DNA from: Camelus dromedarius | Taxonomy: Eukaryota | Assembly (NCBI RefSeq): GCF_036321535.1 | Contig: NC_087437.1 | Location: 75,518,001 to 75,582,000 of the forward strand | Reading direction: 5' to 3' | Length of the DNA: 64,000 nucleotides | Shown: positions 38,781 to 52,190 of the stretch, piece after piece | Layout: every line of letters begins with the position of its first letter | Position numbering within the stretch: position 1 is the first letter of the stretch | Program-made: the position numbers and the translations under genes | Notes under the pieces: generated by a model | Told to the model about the DNA's origin: nothing | What the model saw: the letters and a program-made list of their open reading frames with translations, nothing else | Databases searched by the model: none

Positions 38781-41004
38781 ATTAGATTGCTTCTCTTTGA
38801 AATGAAATTACGCTACCAGTTTCTTGATCTTTTAAGCACACATTACGAGACTTCCTCTGGATCTTCTAGTTCCAGGGAGACTCAGTATCTGCCAGACCCT
38901 CACATTCTCTCAATACCAATAAGACTATTCCTGACTTTCCTCTACAGAGTTGGCAATTTTGCTCTGTATAGGAATATGATTTCCTTAACAAAGTCCCTAG
39001 TCTGTAGTAGACACTCAAATGTCTACTCAAATGCGAGCTCCTCCTGTATTATTGTGCTTTTTAAGGGTGCCTTTGGGCTACTTCTCTCGCAATAGGGCCA
39101 TTTCCTCAGTAACAGAATGGGATGATACCATGTATCCATCTCACAGGAACAGGGTGGTTATACATGCCAACACTCTTTTCCGAATGATATCCTCACCTTT
39201 TACCAAAAAGAGAGAAAAGGCACACTGCTGCAATAATGCAGTAACATCCTGCCATGATCACCAGTCTGGCCCTGTCTTTATTCCCAGTTCCCATATTGTT
39301 CCACAGCAGGGTGAAGTAAAACTGTAGTGACGCCAGAAAAACAAGAGTGGAGACAGTTACCAGCAGAGTCAAGGACTATGGTAGGAGGGAGTTACATACA
39401 GCCAGCACACAGGGAAACTCGGGCTTCTATGCTAGCAGGCACACACCAGGCCTTCCTTCACTATAAAACAGCAGTATAGGGACATAGCCAGTGTAATGTG
39501 TAATGTACATATATCGTGCCTTATGGCTCCCACATTAAATTCTTGGAAGAGAGTTATACACAAACAAATTTATACTACATTCCGAAAGTATATAATTTAT
39601 TGGGTGAAGAACACTAATTTTTAATTAATTTTAGATCTCTGTGACAATGGAGTACACAATGATAGTTTAAGTGATTAGTTATTTAGAACTGGAGACAATA
39701 ATCCTGAGGTTAATTGGTTCAGCTTCCAGGTTCTAACAAGTCTAAGTAGCCTGAAGGTGAAGATTCCCTCAAGTGTTTTGAGAAACCTTGGATACACTGA
39801 CTTTATTGCCTCCACCCACAGTGGTCTGTTTTCAATATTTACATTTCCTTAAACACAGTAAATGAATCCATCTAACTTTTACATACCCATTTTTTTTTCC
39901 TGGAAGATGTAAATTTGCCAGAATCTCCTTCTTCACTTTGAAAGAGGGTTGAAAGATAAAATTCCTTAAGAGTAGTCTATTCTACACGAGGACCAGATGT
40001 CTTCCTCTGTGATGATGTATTTTGTCTCCACATGTTATAGCAAGAACTCTAACCCCCAGAAAACACATATTTACCATCTCCAGATGAGTCAGATATCCCT
40101 TATATTCTTTTCTATTCTTTTGTAGAGGCCAAGTTCACCCAAACTTGGATTATATTCTTCAGTTACCAGCAGATGTGAAGAAATGTCTCAAATTACATGG
40201 GAACTATTGACTTATCTATATAATTTTTTTTTAAGTTTCCCTTAAGGACAGGTATCCTATTTATTCATCTTGTCACCTTAGCACCTAGTGTCCTTATTCC
40301 CTAATAACTAATAAACATCCACTGAACAAAAGAACTGTGAAAGGGGGTAAAAAAGGAGTTAACTCAAGCTTTTATTTTAAAAGTTACAATGTGATAAGTA
40401 CTCAAGTTGAATGGTCCAAGGGGAGAAGACACTTAAAGATTTTATAGGCTATATTAAGGAAGGTCAAATTTCATTGCTTAAGTTCTTGAAAGGTATGAGA
40501 AAACTGAGGTTGTGTTAATCACAGGACAAAATGCAGGGACATCAAAGGACCATGTTAGCAGCCGCTGGTGGGACAACTGGGTTTAGTAAGATGTAGAAAG
40601 GAACAGTTGGGGCTAAGGTCTTGCAGGGGCCAGTGAAAATTTTTAGTACTTCAGCGTCTTTCATAGGAAAAATAACGTAAATGGAAATCTTAGACATGCC
40701 TATTTCTACTTTCCAATGGATTGAATTCTGCTCTAACACAAGAGCATTAAAAAATACCCTAGAATTTTGACTCTAAGGGAATAGAAAGGAGAAGATGAGA
40801 GAAAATCAATAAAAAGAAACATGGAGGCTCTAGAAGTAGAACAGGTGATGGGTAAACCAGAAAGAGACGAAAGTTTTGTTAACATCAAGACTGTGTTAGA
40901 CAACAAAGGGAAGCACCACGTTGGGTTTAAAAAAAGAAAACCTTCTGGTAACAAACAGGTTCTTCTTCCTGGACTATGTTAATTTTTTTCCTTCTCCTCC
41001 ACAG

Positions 41005-41032
41005 GGAGCTTTTCTCCCAGGAGTAGATTTGG
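41005..41032 (+). other. Candidate 28-nt microexon (GAFLPGVDL in frame 0)
   Basis: Acceptor 'tttttttccttctcctccacAG' and donor 'TGG|gtaagt', both near consensus. Confidence 0.5.
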
Positions 41033-41179
41033 GTAAGTTAGATTTTTATTGAAAATTGGTTTTATTTAAAGTATCTAGTTACCAAAATGTGCAATCTTAC
41101 TTCCGAACAAGAAACATTTGGGGGAAAAAATTGGGCTTCCATAAAACATTCAACAGACAAAGAGCTGTTAGTTTTTATA

Positions 41180-42720
41180 TTTCCAGAAGTATGGTAGATT
41201 AAATATCCTAAACAACACTTCCCAACTGAGAATGAATAGAAATATTTTTAAGTCTTCCATCAAATGTCAATAGACTTGTACAAACCTAAGAAATATGAAA
41301 AATCCCTCAAATTATTTAAAACTAGGAATGCTGGGTAAATAGGCACCAAATCAGTTTCTTGACCTGTTAGTTTCTGTGGAACCCTAGAGATTCTCAATGA
41401 GATGCTTCTTTGTGAGCTACTATGAGGAAGAAGAACTAAATCCTATGACCTGTCTAGTTAGGGAATCAAATAAAGTATCTCTGCATAAACTTTTGACTTC
41501 ATTGGTATATAAGAAAAAAAATCTCCCAAAAAGATGACATCGAGAAAACATGCCTTTTCAAAGTTGGTGCTAAGTGATGGGGAAAAAAAAATAAATGTTT
41601 CCCTGAGAACACAAACATAAACTAGTTCTCAGGTTTACTGTCTACATTCAAGTTACCTGTGTGGTCCAAGGAAAGCCCAAGGACAGAATTTAATCTACAG
41701 TTTTTCTGGATTAGTTGTACCTCCAGGATACTGAGAAAAGAAAATATCAACCTGTTCTGAGAAACTTAACAATAACCCAGAACTCTAAGAATTCCCAGAG
41801 ATAACACTCCAGGAAAATTGAGCACCTCCATACACATACCAAAGTACTAATCAAAAAATAATAATGAAAATATATTATAAGAACTAGCAGAAATAGACCC
41901 ACAAAAAATTTCAGAGTTATCAACCAGAATAAAAAGCAAATATGTTTCCTTGAGCAAAAATGAGATCGTTGAGAATGAACTGGACATAAGAGATTTTAAA
42001 AGAACAAGAACCAAGAGATTTAAAACACAACCATGTAGAACATATAGAAAAGAAGACTACAGTGCATAAAATATAAAATTCAGAGTATGAATTTAAAAGC
42101 TGACTAATTTTATTTTTGCTCCGTCTACCCTGGTAGTATAATTTGGAAAAAAATTCCAAAACGCATCCAGAAGGATTGACATATGAATACAAAAGACAGG
42201 AAGAGACGTGAATGAAATGTCTTACACGTGTAATTGGAGTTCCAGAAAGACTTAAGAACCCGAGAAATAGAGATAGTGGCTGATAATTTCTTATAATTTA
42301 ATAATTATAAAGCCAAGATTTTGTAAAAGTCCAAAGCAATAAAAAATAAAACCATACATTGACATATCATAAATGTTGAAGAAAGATACATTGTAAAAAT
42401 GTATAGTCAGAGAGAAGTGAAAGATAGTCTATAAAATAAAGGCAATTAGAATGATGGTTGAACTTTTAAAAGTACCATATAAGGTAGACAACAGAGAAAT
42501 GACATAATAAACTGGGGAGAAAGGATAACTTATTCTATACCTAAAGACATTCTGAAGAAAAAGAGCATTAAATTTTTTCTACAACCAGAATAAATTCACA
42601 AAGTACATTCTATTGTATGTTATTCAAAGAGAAGAGAAATGATACCAGATAAAGGGTCTGAAATGTAAAAAGTAATGTCGAGCCTCTAGACTATACCTAG
42701 TTTGGCAGCATAAAAATACA
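41180..42720 (+). mobile_element. Ancient L1 5'/ORF1 remnant
   Basis: A-rich with ORF1-like blocks 'gtaattggagttccagaaaga' and 'ggcaattagaatgatggttgaacttt'. Confidence 0.6.
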
Positions 42721-42724
42721 AAAG

Positions 42725-43181
42725 TACATTCATTGCTCAGATCTCCCTTTAACGAACTACCTACAACAAGGAGTGCAGGCCAGTGACAACCAGCCATAGC
42801 TGTAGCATCTTCAGGATCTGTTTTTGTGTTTGACAATCCTCCCCAAACAGCTCCCAGCCAATGACTTAGAAAAACAGCAATACTAGAACATGGTTATTTC
42901 TGGCCAACGCAAGCATCCTGTGATATGCAGTCTTTGCTCTGGAGTTCTCCCAGGTTCATTGAGACTCTCAAAGCTGCACCTCAGTCTTGTGCTCTTCTTA
43001 TCCAAACCTTCCTTCCTTCCCTGCCTTGTTTTGTAAAGGTCAGACATGCATCATAGTCAGAAGGCTCTCCCTACTCCTGCGTATTTCCCTCTTTATGTGT
43101 CACAGGCATTACCAGCAATACAACTCAAGAATTTCTCTCTCTCTCTCGGAGACTGCTTCCTTAAAGATGCAACTTAACACA
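42725..43181 (+). mobile_element. ERVL 5' LTR (LTR16-like)
   Basis: 'gctcagatctcccttta' near the start and 'gactgcttccttaaagatgcaacttaacaca' at the end. Directly followed by the ERVL internal start 'actggtacctggagtggtcc'. Confidence 0.8.
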
Positions 43182-45650
43182 ACTGGTACCTGGAGTGGTC
43201 CAAGAGGGCAGGTGGTAAGATGGGATTTGATTTCATTGCTAGCTGTGTGGCAAGGACTCCATCTTGAGTGGTATATGAGGCAAGGCTCCTCCCTGACACA
43301 AGGTAGAAGCCCAACTGCTAAAAATGGCACCATTAGAACAAGAAAAACACCCCAATGGAGGGATAACCTTGCCAGCAGAACTGTTCAGGCACTTAAAATA
43401 TAATAAGGGGAACTACATATACAAAAAAAAATAGTAGAATTGGCTGATTATTTCTAAGTTTTGCTGATGAATTATAGAGGGGAAATGAGACACTGCAGGA
43501 CAGTTAAAAAGTCCAAACTAAGAGCGAGGACTAGCGGGCGTATGTAGTAACTTACAAAGAAGCTCTTAATTCTTTAGAAGGAGAGCAGGTGCAGCTGAAG
43601 AACAAACTCCAAATCTGATAGTTAAGGTTGTGAAGATTCAAAGACTAATGAAAGCTCATCAAAGGCAGAGGCTACTGTGCCAAAGACAAGGCCATATGTG
43701 AGAAAACATGTCAGTAGGGCATCTGAATGGGTGTCCCTGAGGACTGTGGTTCTGTAGACACCCTGACCCAGAGCCTAGAAAGGGGGCCCAGCCCTCCCTA
43801 TTAAAGGCTAACATCGACCTCATACAGGAAGACACTTGGAAGGGCTTTGCTTCATAAGGTATCAGGTGCCCACCTCCAGAAGTGCCCCCACTTTGTCTCC
43901 TGGCTTTAAGGCTGTTAACAAGGGTTAAATCCCAACATAAACCAGCTGGGGTTATGCCGGCCTTGTCAAGAGAGGATAGGGATTAGAATTGCAAAAATTA
44001 GCAGCCTGTCCTAATAGAAACAAGGGACATATCCATTGTAAAGGATCTTAAGGGTGTTTGATCAAGGGCACCAGACTGGATAAATGAGCATTCACTGACT
44101 TGGGGGCACTTGATGGTGATATGGTAAGAACCCTGGGGTTGAAGTGGACATGCTGCTGGGATGGTTCTTAGAAACCTAGGGAAGTGCTGGTCCACACTGC
44201 AAAGTAACAATGTCTGGGTTGCTGAGACAGACATTGGGGAAATGGATCAAAAGTCTCAGGAGAGTGGGCTTGCCAGAATGGATATATTATATAAGGCCAG
44301 AAGGAATACCTGCCACAGGATTTGTCCCACAGGAGTACCCAAAAAATGTGCCATTCAATAAGGCCGTTAGGAATGTGCTGGACGGAAGGGTGCCAGCATC
44401 TCTAAAAAGTTCAGTGTTTGCTCTCCTCTTCAGGCCAGGGCTAAGGGTAGGAAAGACAGTCTCAGGATTTGGCTCATTAATAGCAATGGGGTTAATGGGG
44501 AATAATAGGGGAGAGGTGGTGGTGCTTAAACACTATAAACCAGGGACCCCAAATTACCTTAACAACCAGCAAGTTTAGAAGGGCAGCTAAGGGGGCCTAC
44601 CTGCAGGGGGTTGAAGTATCTCTAGAGACAAAATAGACTAGCAGTTTGTGAGGCTGATGCTCAATACACACAAACAAAAGAAGGTAAGAATGGAAGAGCA
44701 GGAGGCTGAATGTGATCAGCTCATTCAAAGATCACATTGTTTTGCTTAGTTCCTGGACCTGAACAGTTTTAAGACCTGGAACTCATTGACTAAAGAGTTG
44801 GATGAGTCCTCAGGTTGAAGGACTTTGCAGAACCACGGTAGGTATAACCTTACTGTAATCACTCCACTAGTTCTTTTCCGACGAGACCAGCCATTTACTT
44901 GAACACAGAGGAAAGGGGAACACCCAGACACTTCAAGGACTTTGGGAGATAAGGTCTTCTTTAATACTGATATCCACAGAACAGAATCAAGGCTCCCCTA
45001 TTAGAGGGGGGCATGCAAAGACCAGGTAATAAATGGATCCCACTGACTTACAGGACATCTACTTGGTTTGTAGAATCAGCCATCATCAGCTTCTTAGTCC
45101 TCAAACGTATAATTAGGGTTGACATACTTGCCAGTTGGCATAACCCTCATATTAGGTCCTTGTCCTAGTGATAGGAGCTATCACAGTGGGGAAGGCCAAG
45201 CAAAGTCCTTGAAATACTCTCATCCCAGATACAATAGTAAATATAAAACAACATCACATTCCGAAAAGGATACAAGGGTGGTGGTCCCTATTCTATCTGC
45301 ATTTAATCTGCCACTCTGACCCTAGAGAAACTGAGTGCAACCTGCAGAATGTCTATTAGACCATTGCAAGCTCACCCAGCCAGTAACCCCTGCCACATCC
45401 CCTGTGCTGGATAAGGTAGCACTGCTAGAGCAGATTAATAAGGCCTCAAGTACATGGTATGCAACCACGGAATTAACAAATGTCTTCTGTTCCAATCAGG
45501 AATGAGAGTCAGAACACTTACACTTGTGTGAAACAGACAAAATTCCTTTACAATTCTGCCTTCAGGACAGTTAACAACGTCCTCAGTTAATTTAGCCCTC
45601 TGTCACAATATAGTTCAAGAGATCTGGACTGCCAGCCAGTACTCATCATA
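43182..45650 (+). mobile_element. ERVL internal remnant (ERV3-16A3-like): degenerate gag-pro-RT
   Basis: ORF 44210..44578 (EWIYYIRP...PFNKAVRNVLDGRVPASLKSSVFALLFRPGL) is ERVL gag-like. 'KGNTQTLQGL' protease-like at ~44910. 'VVVPILSAFNLP' and 'WYATTELTNVF' RT-like at 45277-45490. Many stops and frameshifts. Confidence 0.85.
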
Positions 45651-46455
45651 TCAGTCACAGCGCCAAGACCAACAGCAATGGTAAAGTTAAGGTTATTCCC
45701 TCTCGCTAAGCCCCCACTCAGACAGAGGCCCACAGGAACCCTTGAGGAGCTGCTTCCCGAGCTTGTGTTCGATGGATCTGTGTAGTAAGCCTGGCCTGTG
45801 ACAGCAATATAATGTTCCATTATGACATTTCCATCTCGGCCCTGGGGATTCCATGAGTCCTGACCTGGTTTATACCACCATGTACCAGCCTGATTCAAAC
45901 CCTAAATAACTCTGCTCTGGCACGTGCCTGCCAGATACCATACAAAAACCTCAGTAAGACCTTCAAAAAGGAGAGATGGAAAGACCAAAGGCACATGGAC
46001 TAGGATTCCTCAAGATTATAGGAGGTCTTTTCAGAGGATTACTATGCAAGAGCTGTGGTTAAGAGTTTAACTGCCCCAAAGGTGGGCCTGCTTGCTGCTC
46101 CTCCTTAGGCCAAAACATGTAAAGCATTAAAAGAGCCAAAAGATTTGAGGATGTTTTTGTTTGTCCTACAGATCTTCCTGTCAGGAATCACAAAGAACAA
46201 GTGTAGGGGATATTTTTATATTTATTTTTATAATTGAACTTTTGATATGTTTTAAAAACCTAAATGTTTCCAATAATCTGAATTTTCCCATTTTTTTATA
46301 GCCTAGATACAGTGTTAATTTTTTTCCTAATTAAGTAAACTTTGATAGTATCTTTCAGTAGATTTGGTGGTGTAGACTGGCTTGAAAAATATCCAATTTT
46401 CAAAGTCTAGAAAATTTCTCAAAGATAAAAAAAAACTGTTTTAAAAATTACGTAT

Positions 46456-48590
46456 TTTTAAGGAAACTCCATACTGTTTTCCATAGTGGCTGCACCAATT
46501 TACATTCCCACTAACAGTGTAGGAGGGTTCCCTTTTCTCCATACCCCCTCCTACATTTATTATTTGTAGACTTTTTAATGATGGCTATTCTGATTAGTGT
46601 GAGGAGATACTTCATTGTAGTTTTTGCATTCCTCTAATAATTAGCAATGTTAAGCATCTTTTCATGTGCCTATTGGCCATCTGTCATCTTTGGAGAAATG
46701 TCTGTTTAGGTCTTCTGCCCATTTTCTGACTGTGTTCTTTGTTACTGAGTTGTATGAACTGTTTGTATATTTTGGAAACAAAGCCCTTACTGGTCACATT
46801 GTTTGCAAATATTTTCTCCTAGTCTGTAGGTTGTCTTTTTGCTTTGTTTATGGTTTCCTTTGCTGGGCAACAGTTTATAAGTTTGATTAGATCTCATTTG
46901 TTTATTTTTACTTTATTTCTTTTGCCCTGGGAGACTGACCTAAGAAAACATTGCTATGATTTATATCAGAGAATGTTTTGCCTATATTTTCTTTTAGGTG
47001 TTTTATGGTGTCATCTTAATATTTAAGTCTTCAAGCCATTTTGAGTTTATTTCTGTGTATGATGTGAGAGTGTGTTCTAACTTCATTGATTTACATGCTG
47101 CTATCCAGTTTTCCCAACACCATGTGCTAAAGAGACTGTCTTTTCTCCACTGTGTATTTTTGTCTTGTTTGTCAAAGAGTAATTGACCATAGGTATGTGG
47201 ACTTATTTCTGGGTTCCCTATTCTATTCCATTGATCCATGTCTGTTTTTGTGCCAAAATCATGCTGTTTTGATTTCTGTAGCTCTGTAGTATTGTCAGAA
47301 GTCTGGGAGGGTTATGCCTCAAGCTTTGTTCTTTTTCCTCAGAATTGCTTTGGTAATTCTGGGTCTTTTATGGTTCCATATAAATTTTAAGATTATTTGT
47401 TCTAATTCTGTGAAAAGTGTCATGGATAACTTGATAGGGATCACATTAAATCTGTGATTGCTTTGGGTAGTATAGTCATTTTAACAATATTAATTCTTCC
47501 AATCCAAGAGTATGGAACATCTTTCCATTTCCTTGCATCATCTTCAATTTCCTTTATCAACATTTTATAGTTTGCAGAGTATGTCTTTCACCAACTTGGT
47601 CAGGTTTATTCCTAAGTACTTTTTTGACATGATTTTAAAAGGGATTTTTTCTTTTTACTTTCCTTTCTGATATTTCATCGTTAATGTAAAGAAATGCATT
47701 GGATTTCTGTATGTTAATCTTGTATCTTTCTACCTTGCTGAATTCATTTATCAGTTCTAGTAGTTTTGTTTGAAGTCTTTAGAGTTTTCCATATATTGTA
47801 TCATGTCATCTGTATATAATGACAATTTTACCTCTTTCCTTCCAATTTGGATACCTTTTATTTCTTTTTCTTATCTGATTGCTGTGGCTAAAACTTCCAA
47901 TACTATGCTGAATAAAGTGGTGAGAGTGGGCATCCTCATCTTGTTTCAGATTTTAGTGGGAAGACTTCCAGTTTTTCACCATTGAGAATCCTACTCCTGG
48001 GCACATATCCAGAGAAAATTCTAATTCAAAAAGATACTATTTTGCACCACGATTTACAATAGCCAAGACATGGAAGCAACCTAAATGTCCATTGACAGAT
48101 GAATGGATAAAAAAGATACTGTGTACACACACACACAGGAAAACTATTCAGCCATAAAAAAGAATGAAATAATGCCATTTGCAGCAACATGGATGGACAT
48201 AGAGATTATCATACTAAATCAAGTAAGTCAGACAGAGAAAGACAAGTACCATATAATATGACTTATATGTGGAATCTAAAATGATACAAATGAACTTATT
48301 TACAAAACAGAAACAGACTCACAGACATAGAAAATGTTACTAAAGGGGAAAGGGGATTGGGGAGAGATAAATTAGAAGTTTGGAATTACCAGATACAAAC
48401 TACTATATATAAAACAGGCAAACAACAAGGTCCTATTGCATACCACAGAGAACTATATTCAATATCCTGTAATAAACCATAACAGAAAAGAATATGAAAA
48501 AGAATACATATATAACTGAATCATTTTGCTGTACACCAGAAGCTAACACATCATAAATCAACTATACTTCAAGAAAAAAAATGGTAAAAA
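46456..48590. mobile_element. Cetartiodactyl-type L1 with 5' inversion (46456-47986 antisense; 47987-48590 sense)
   Basis: Minus ORF 47003..47239 ([23 protein letters not shown]) is L1 ORF2. The sense part carries the ORF2 end and 3'UTR to 'taaatcaactatacttcaag' plus an A tail. Confidence 0.92.
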
Positions 48591-49189
48591 ACAAGTTACA
48601 TCTACATCTTTTGCATGCTGCACATTCGAGACCTCTTTTTAGTCTGTGAATACAGCTTTTGTATTCCTTTCTACATTTATCCAAATCTCTGTTAAGAGAT
48701 ATATCTATCTTGGAATCCCCAATTATTTTTAAATATTTTGTACAAATTCACTAGTAATTGTTCAAACATCTTTTTAAACCAGGTATAGATTTGAAAGGCA
48801 AATTGGAAAGAACACAGTTGAAACCCCATCTCTATAACCAGTTTCATTTTAGCTCTGGAGTCCCACTTCTGCTTAGCAGTAGAAAAAGTGGTCCAATTCA
48901 ATAATTATTTCCATCCAAGTTCAAAATCATTTAATTGCATTCCTACTTAAAGATCTTTTTTCAGGCTTTTTCTTCATCCTTGCTCAGAAATTATGTCCAC
49001 TCAGCTGTGGGGAGAAATTGAATAGCCACATCTTTCTATGCATAACTGCTGGTGCTTAAGGACTTGGTGTTTTAGAATGGACATTATCCAATAAGGACTC
49101 CATCACATGACAAGAGTTTTCCCTGAAGATGCCTCCTCACCTCCCTTGTATCCACAGTCCTACAGATATTTTGCCAAATTCCTCTATAC

Positions 49190-49452
49190 CAGGGATTGGC
49201 AAACTACAACCCTTAGGCCACATATACTCTGCAGACCTGATTTTGTATAATCCAGGAACTAGGAATGGTTTTTACATTTTAAAAGAGTTGTAGGAGAAAG
49301 AGGAAGATGAGAAGTAGAATAAGAAAGAGGAGGAGGAAGGGTTGGGGGAGATGGGGTTGCAAAAAAGAACATGTGACAGAGATTGCAATATAGCCTACAA
49401 AGCCTAAAATATTTACTATCTAGCCCTTTAGAGGAAAAGTTTGCAACCCCTG
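49190..49452. mobile_element. hAT-Charlie MITE (MER58-like)
   Basis: TIRs cagggattggcaaact / agtttgcaacccctg, near 8-bp TSD ctctatac / ctctacat, 'aagcctaaaatatttactatctagccc'. Confidence 0.88.
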
Positions 49453-50299
49453 CTCTACATACAGATCTCATGAGTTGGCCTATATTTCTCTTTGATGCAG
49501 TCACTTTCTTCCATCTGCCAATATTCCAGAGTTGATATTCTGGTACCCAATGATCAAGTGTTAACCACCTGGGTTCACAGGAAGTTTGAGTCTTCTTGAT
49601 GTCAAGCTCAGTGCTATGATTAACTTGGGGTCATCCTGGTCCTCTCTAGCCTATCAAGACTTTACCTTCTTCATCCACCTGCATTGCTGGATGGGTCTGA
49701 GATCTACCACTCAACAAACTCTAAACATGAAGCTGATATCAGCTCTCTCTAGCCTCATGGAAGAGTCTGTTTTCCACTTCAACCCCCAGGGTAGAGGAGC
49801 ATCATTCATTTCTCTATTCCCCCCAAATTGGTACTTCAATACATTAGTGTCTAAAATTACTCAAGGATCTCTTAAAAGGACAAACCCACAAAATTGGAGC
49901 CTGAGTAGCTTCAACACAATTCCTTGAAAATTTCTGATTATGCAAGCATATTTTGACAAAAGAAAAGAAATGCCAAGTTACCCATTTATTCTTTACACCT
50001 GTATGGAAGGATCAGGCAAGAAGGCAAATTATATGAAAAATATTCTCAAGCTTGCTACAAATGTAGCAAGGGAGAAAAGAGATACTCCATATATTAGTTT
50101 CAGATACTGATAATTTAGATTTTTATATTTATTTAGTGTTATTAATGTTTCTTTTAATAACTGACCTAGAAACACTGGACCTTAAGACAAAAAGAAACAA
50201 TTATCCTCTCCTTCTAACTCAGTAACAAGAAGATGGCCCAGTAAGCAGCAGAACCTCACTGTTAACTTGCTATGTTAGTCTTCCATCTCAGAAGAATGC

Positions 50300-52190
50300 C
50301 TGGATCACTATACAAGTTAAGTATTTAGAAAAGGAGGTGTCACCATAACAAAAAAAAATCTCGATTTGGCATTGGCCTAGGGACTAGGTAGCAAGAAAAT
50401 AATATTTGGAAATTGGAAGAATAATAATCCATGTGATACAGTGGTGAAACACTTGGTTAAATTGTCACTGGTGATGCTTTAGAAGGTATGTAATGTATAT
50501 GCTTCATAAACTTGCATGTCTGAGGCAAAAGGTTGGAAGAGAGAATTTTAATTATCATTGGCTATATTTGTCAATAAACAAGAAATAAACTAACTCAATT
50601 AACTCCAGGAAAGAGTTGGCTAGTTTATAAGCAAGAAAGGGAACAGAGGAGAGTCTAGAAAGTCTAGGACTTGCAGGGTTGGGAAAGGCAATGCTTCTCA
50701 TCTTCAGTTGGTAAAAGATAAAAATGAGAGGCCTTTTGAGAAAAAAAAAAGCTTATGAAAATTTCAGCGTTAGACCAAAAAACAAATCAAAAACATGGCT
50801 GAAGCTGAAATGAAAACTTCTGAATGGTTTCAGTTATCAGGGAGCATGGATCTAGCTAAGGTTATAGCATCCACTATATCATTTTAAGAGGACAAATTGA
50901 CTCAGTGGAAAGAGATGAAGGCTGTGATTCTCCCACCAAATCCTTACAGGTTCAAGCTGTGCACTTAATTGAACTTAGCCCAGTCTTAAAAATTATTGTG
51001 GACGTCTACTGGAGCATGCTGCTGAATGAAATCAAACAGATGAGAAACCAATTACATTTGTAGTAGTTTTAGTCCAAAGAACCACAAGATTAGACCAAAA
51101 TTTGATGATTGTTTCAAACTTAAAATGATTCTTGGCCTTAAAGCTCAAGCTGAGAAAGCTTCTTAATCTCTAAGGAAGATATATTCTCCAATGTTCTCCT
51201 TAACTGTAGTCACAGAAGATAATGGAGAAAGGAGAAACTTTCCTAAGGCTGAAGCCAAGGACTTTGGAAAATAATGAACTTGGAATTCCCTACCACAAAG
51301 CAGAACTGAGCCCTAATTAGAAATACTCCCTACCAACAGCATAAAGGATCCTCACAACACATTCCCAGGGTGGTCTTAAAATTGCCATTGATTCCCAAAT
51401 GTCCCATTCTCCTCCAATCTGAACAGGATTGTTTCAGTTATCCTTCCTTTATTCCACCAATGTATATTGGGTGTGTAAAAAACTAATAACGTGTCATCTT
51501 AGTTCGTAGGTTTCCAGATAATGAAGAACAATGCCTGAACCTGATGTGAAGAATTCCATCTATTATTTAGAGATGGGCTCTTGAGTTTGATGCACTGACT
51601 GGAAGTGACTTTTGGATTATATCTCTCAAGAAAGGTGGAATGTTTTGACTGCAGGAAAGAAAGTGGTGACCGACATATCTGATGGCCAGAAAGGCAGATA
51701 ATAGTAATTTTTGCTGACTATTTGCATCTCACTTATTTCTTCTAAAATGGCGGGATTATACTTCATGGACCTCTTGGAAATGGATAAGGCCACATGACCA
51801 CTCCTGACCAAGCATTTAATTGTTGGTGCTAAGTGCTCTAGAATTCTCTTGGAAAATGGATAAGGCCACATGACCACTCCTGACCAAGCATTTAATTGTT
51901 GGTGCTAAGTGCTCTAGAATTCTCTTGGAAAATGGATAAGGCCACATGACCACTCCTGACCAAGCATTTAATTGTTGGTGCTAAATGCTCTAGAACTCTC
52001 TTTCCCTTTTGTCTTAGCAACCAGCAGTGCTGAGGGGGTGGCTGATCTGAGAGTCCCTGAATTACTGTGACAAGTAGAACCCCTCTGCTGATCCACAGCA
52101 GACATATTTACTTCTCACTCAGGCATGCTGCCTGTTTAAACTATTAAGATATGGAAATTGGTACTGAAACATGATCGAATCTATTGGGAC
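50300..52190 (+). mobile_element. Old MaLR internal region plus 3' LTR (MLT1-int / MLT1J-K-like)
   Basis: 'aggaggtgtcaccataacaaaa...tggcattggc' internal start. LTR-like 'ggattatacttcatggacctcttggaaa...ggccacatgac' from ~51700. Confidence 0.6.
51771..52002. repeat. Tandem triplication, 75-76-bp unit
   Basis: Units start at 51771, 51846 and 51922 (ctcttggaaaatggataaggccacatgaccactcctgaccaagcatttaattgttggtgctaagtgctctagaatt). They differ by only about 3 bases in total. Confidence 0.97.

Noticed and set aside
46666..47985. Several + strand ORFs
   Set aside because: They are antisense readings of L1 ORF2.
51771..52002. CRISPR-like array
   Set aside because: Head-to-tail identical units without unique spacers, in a mammalian context with no cas genes.
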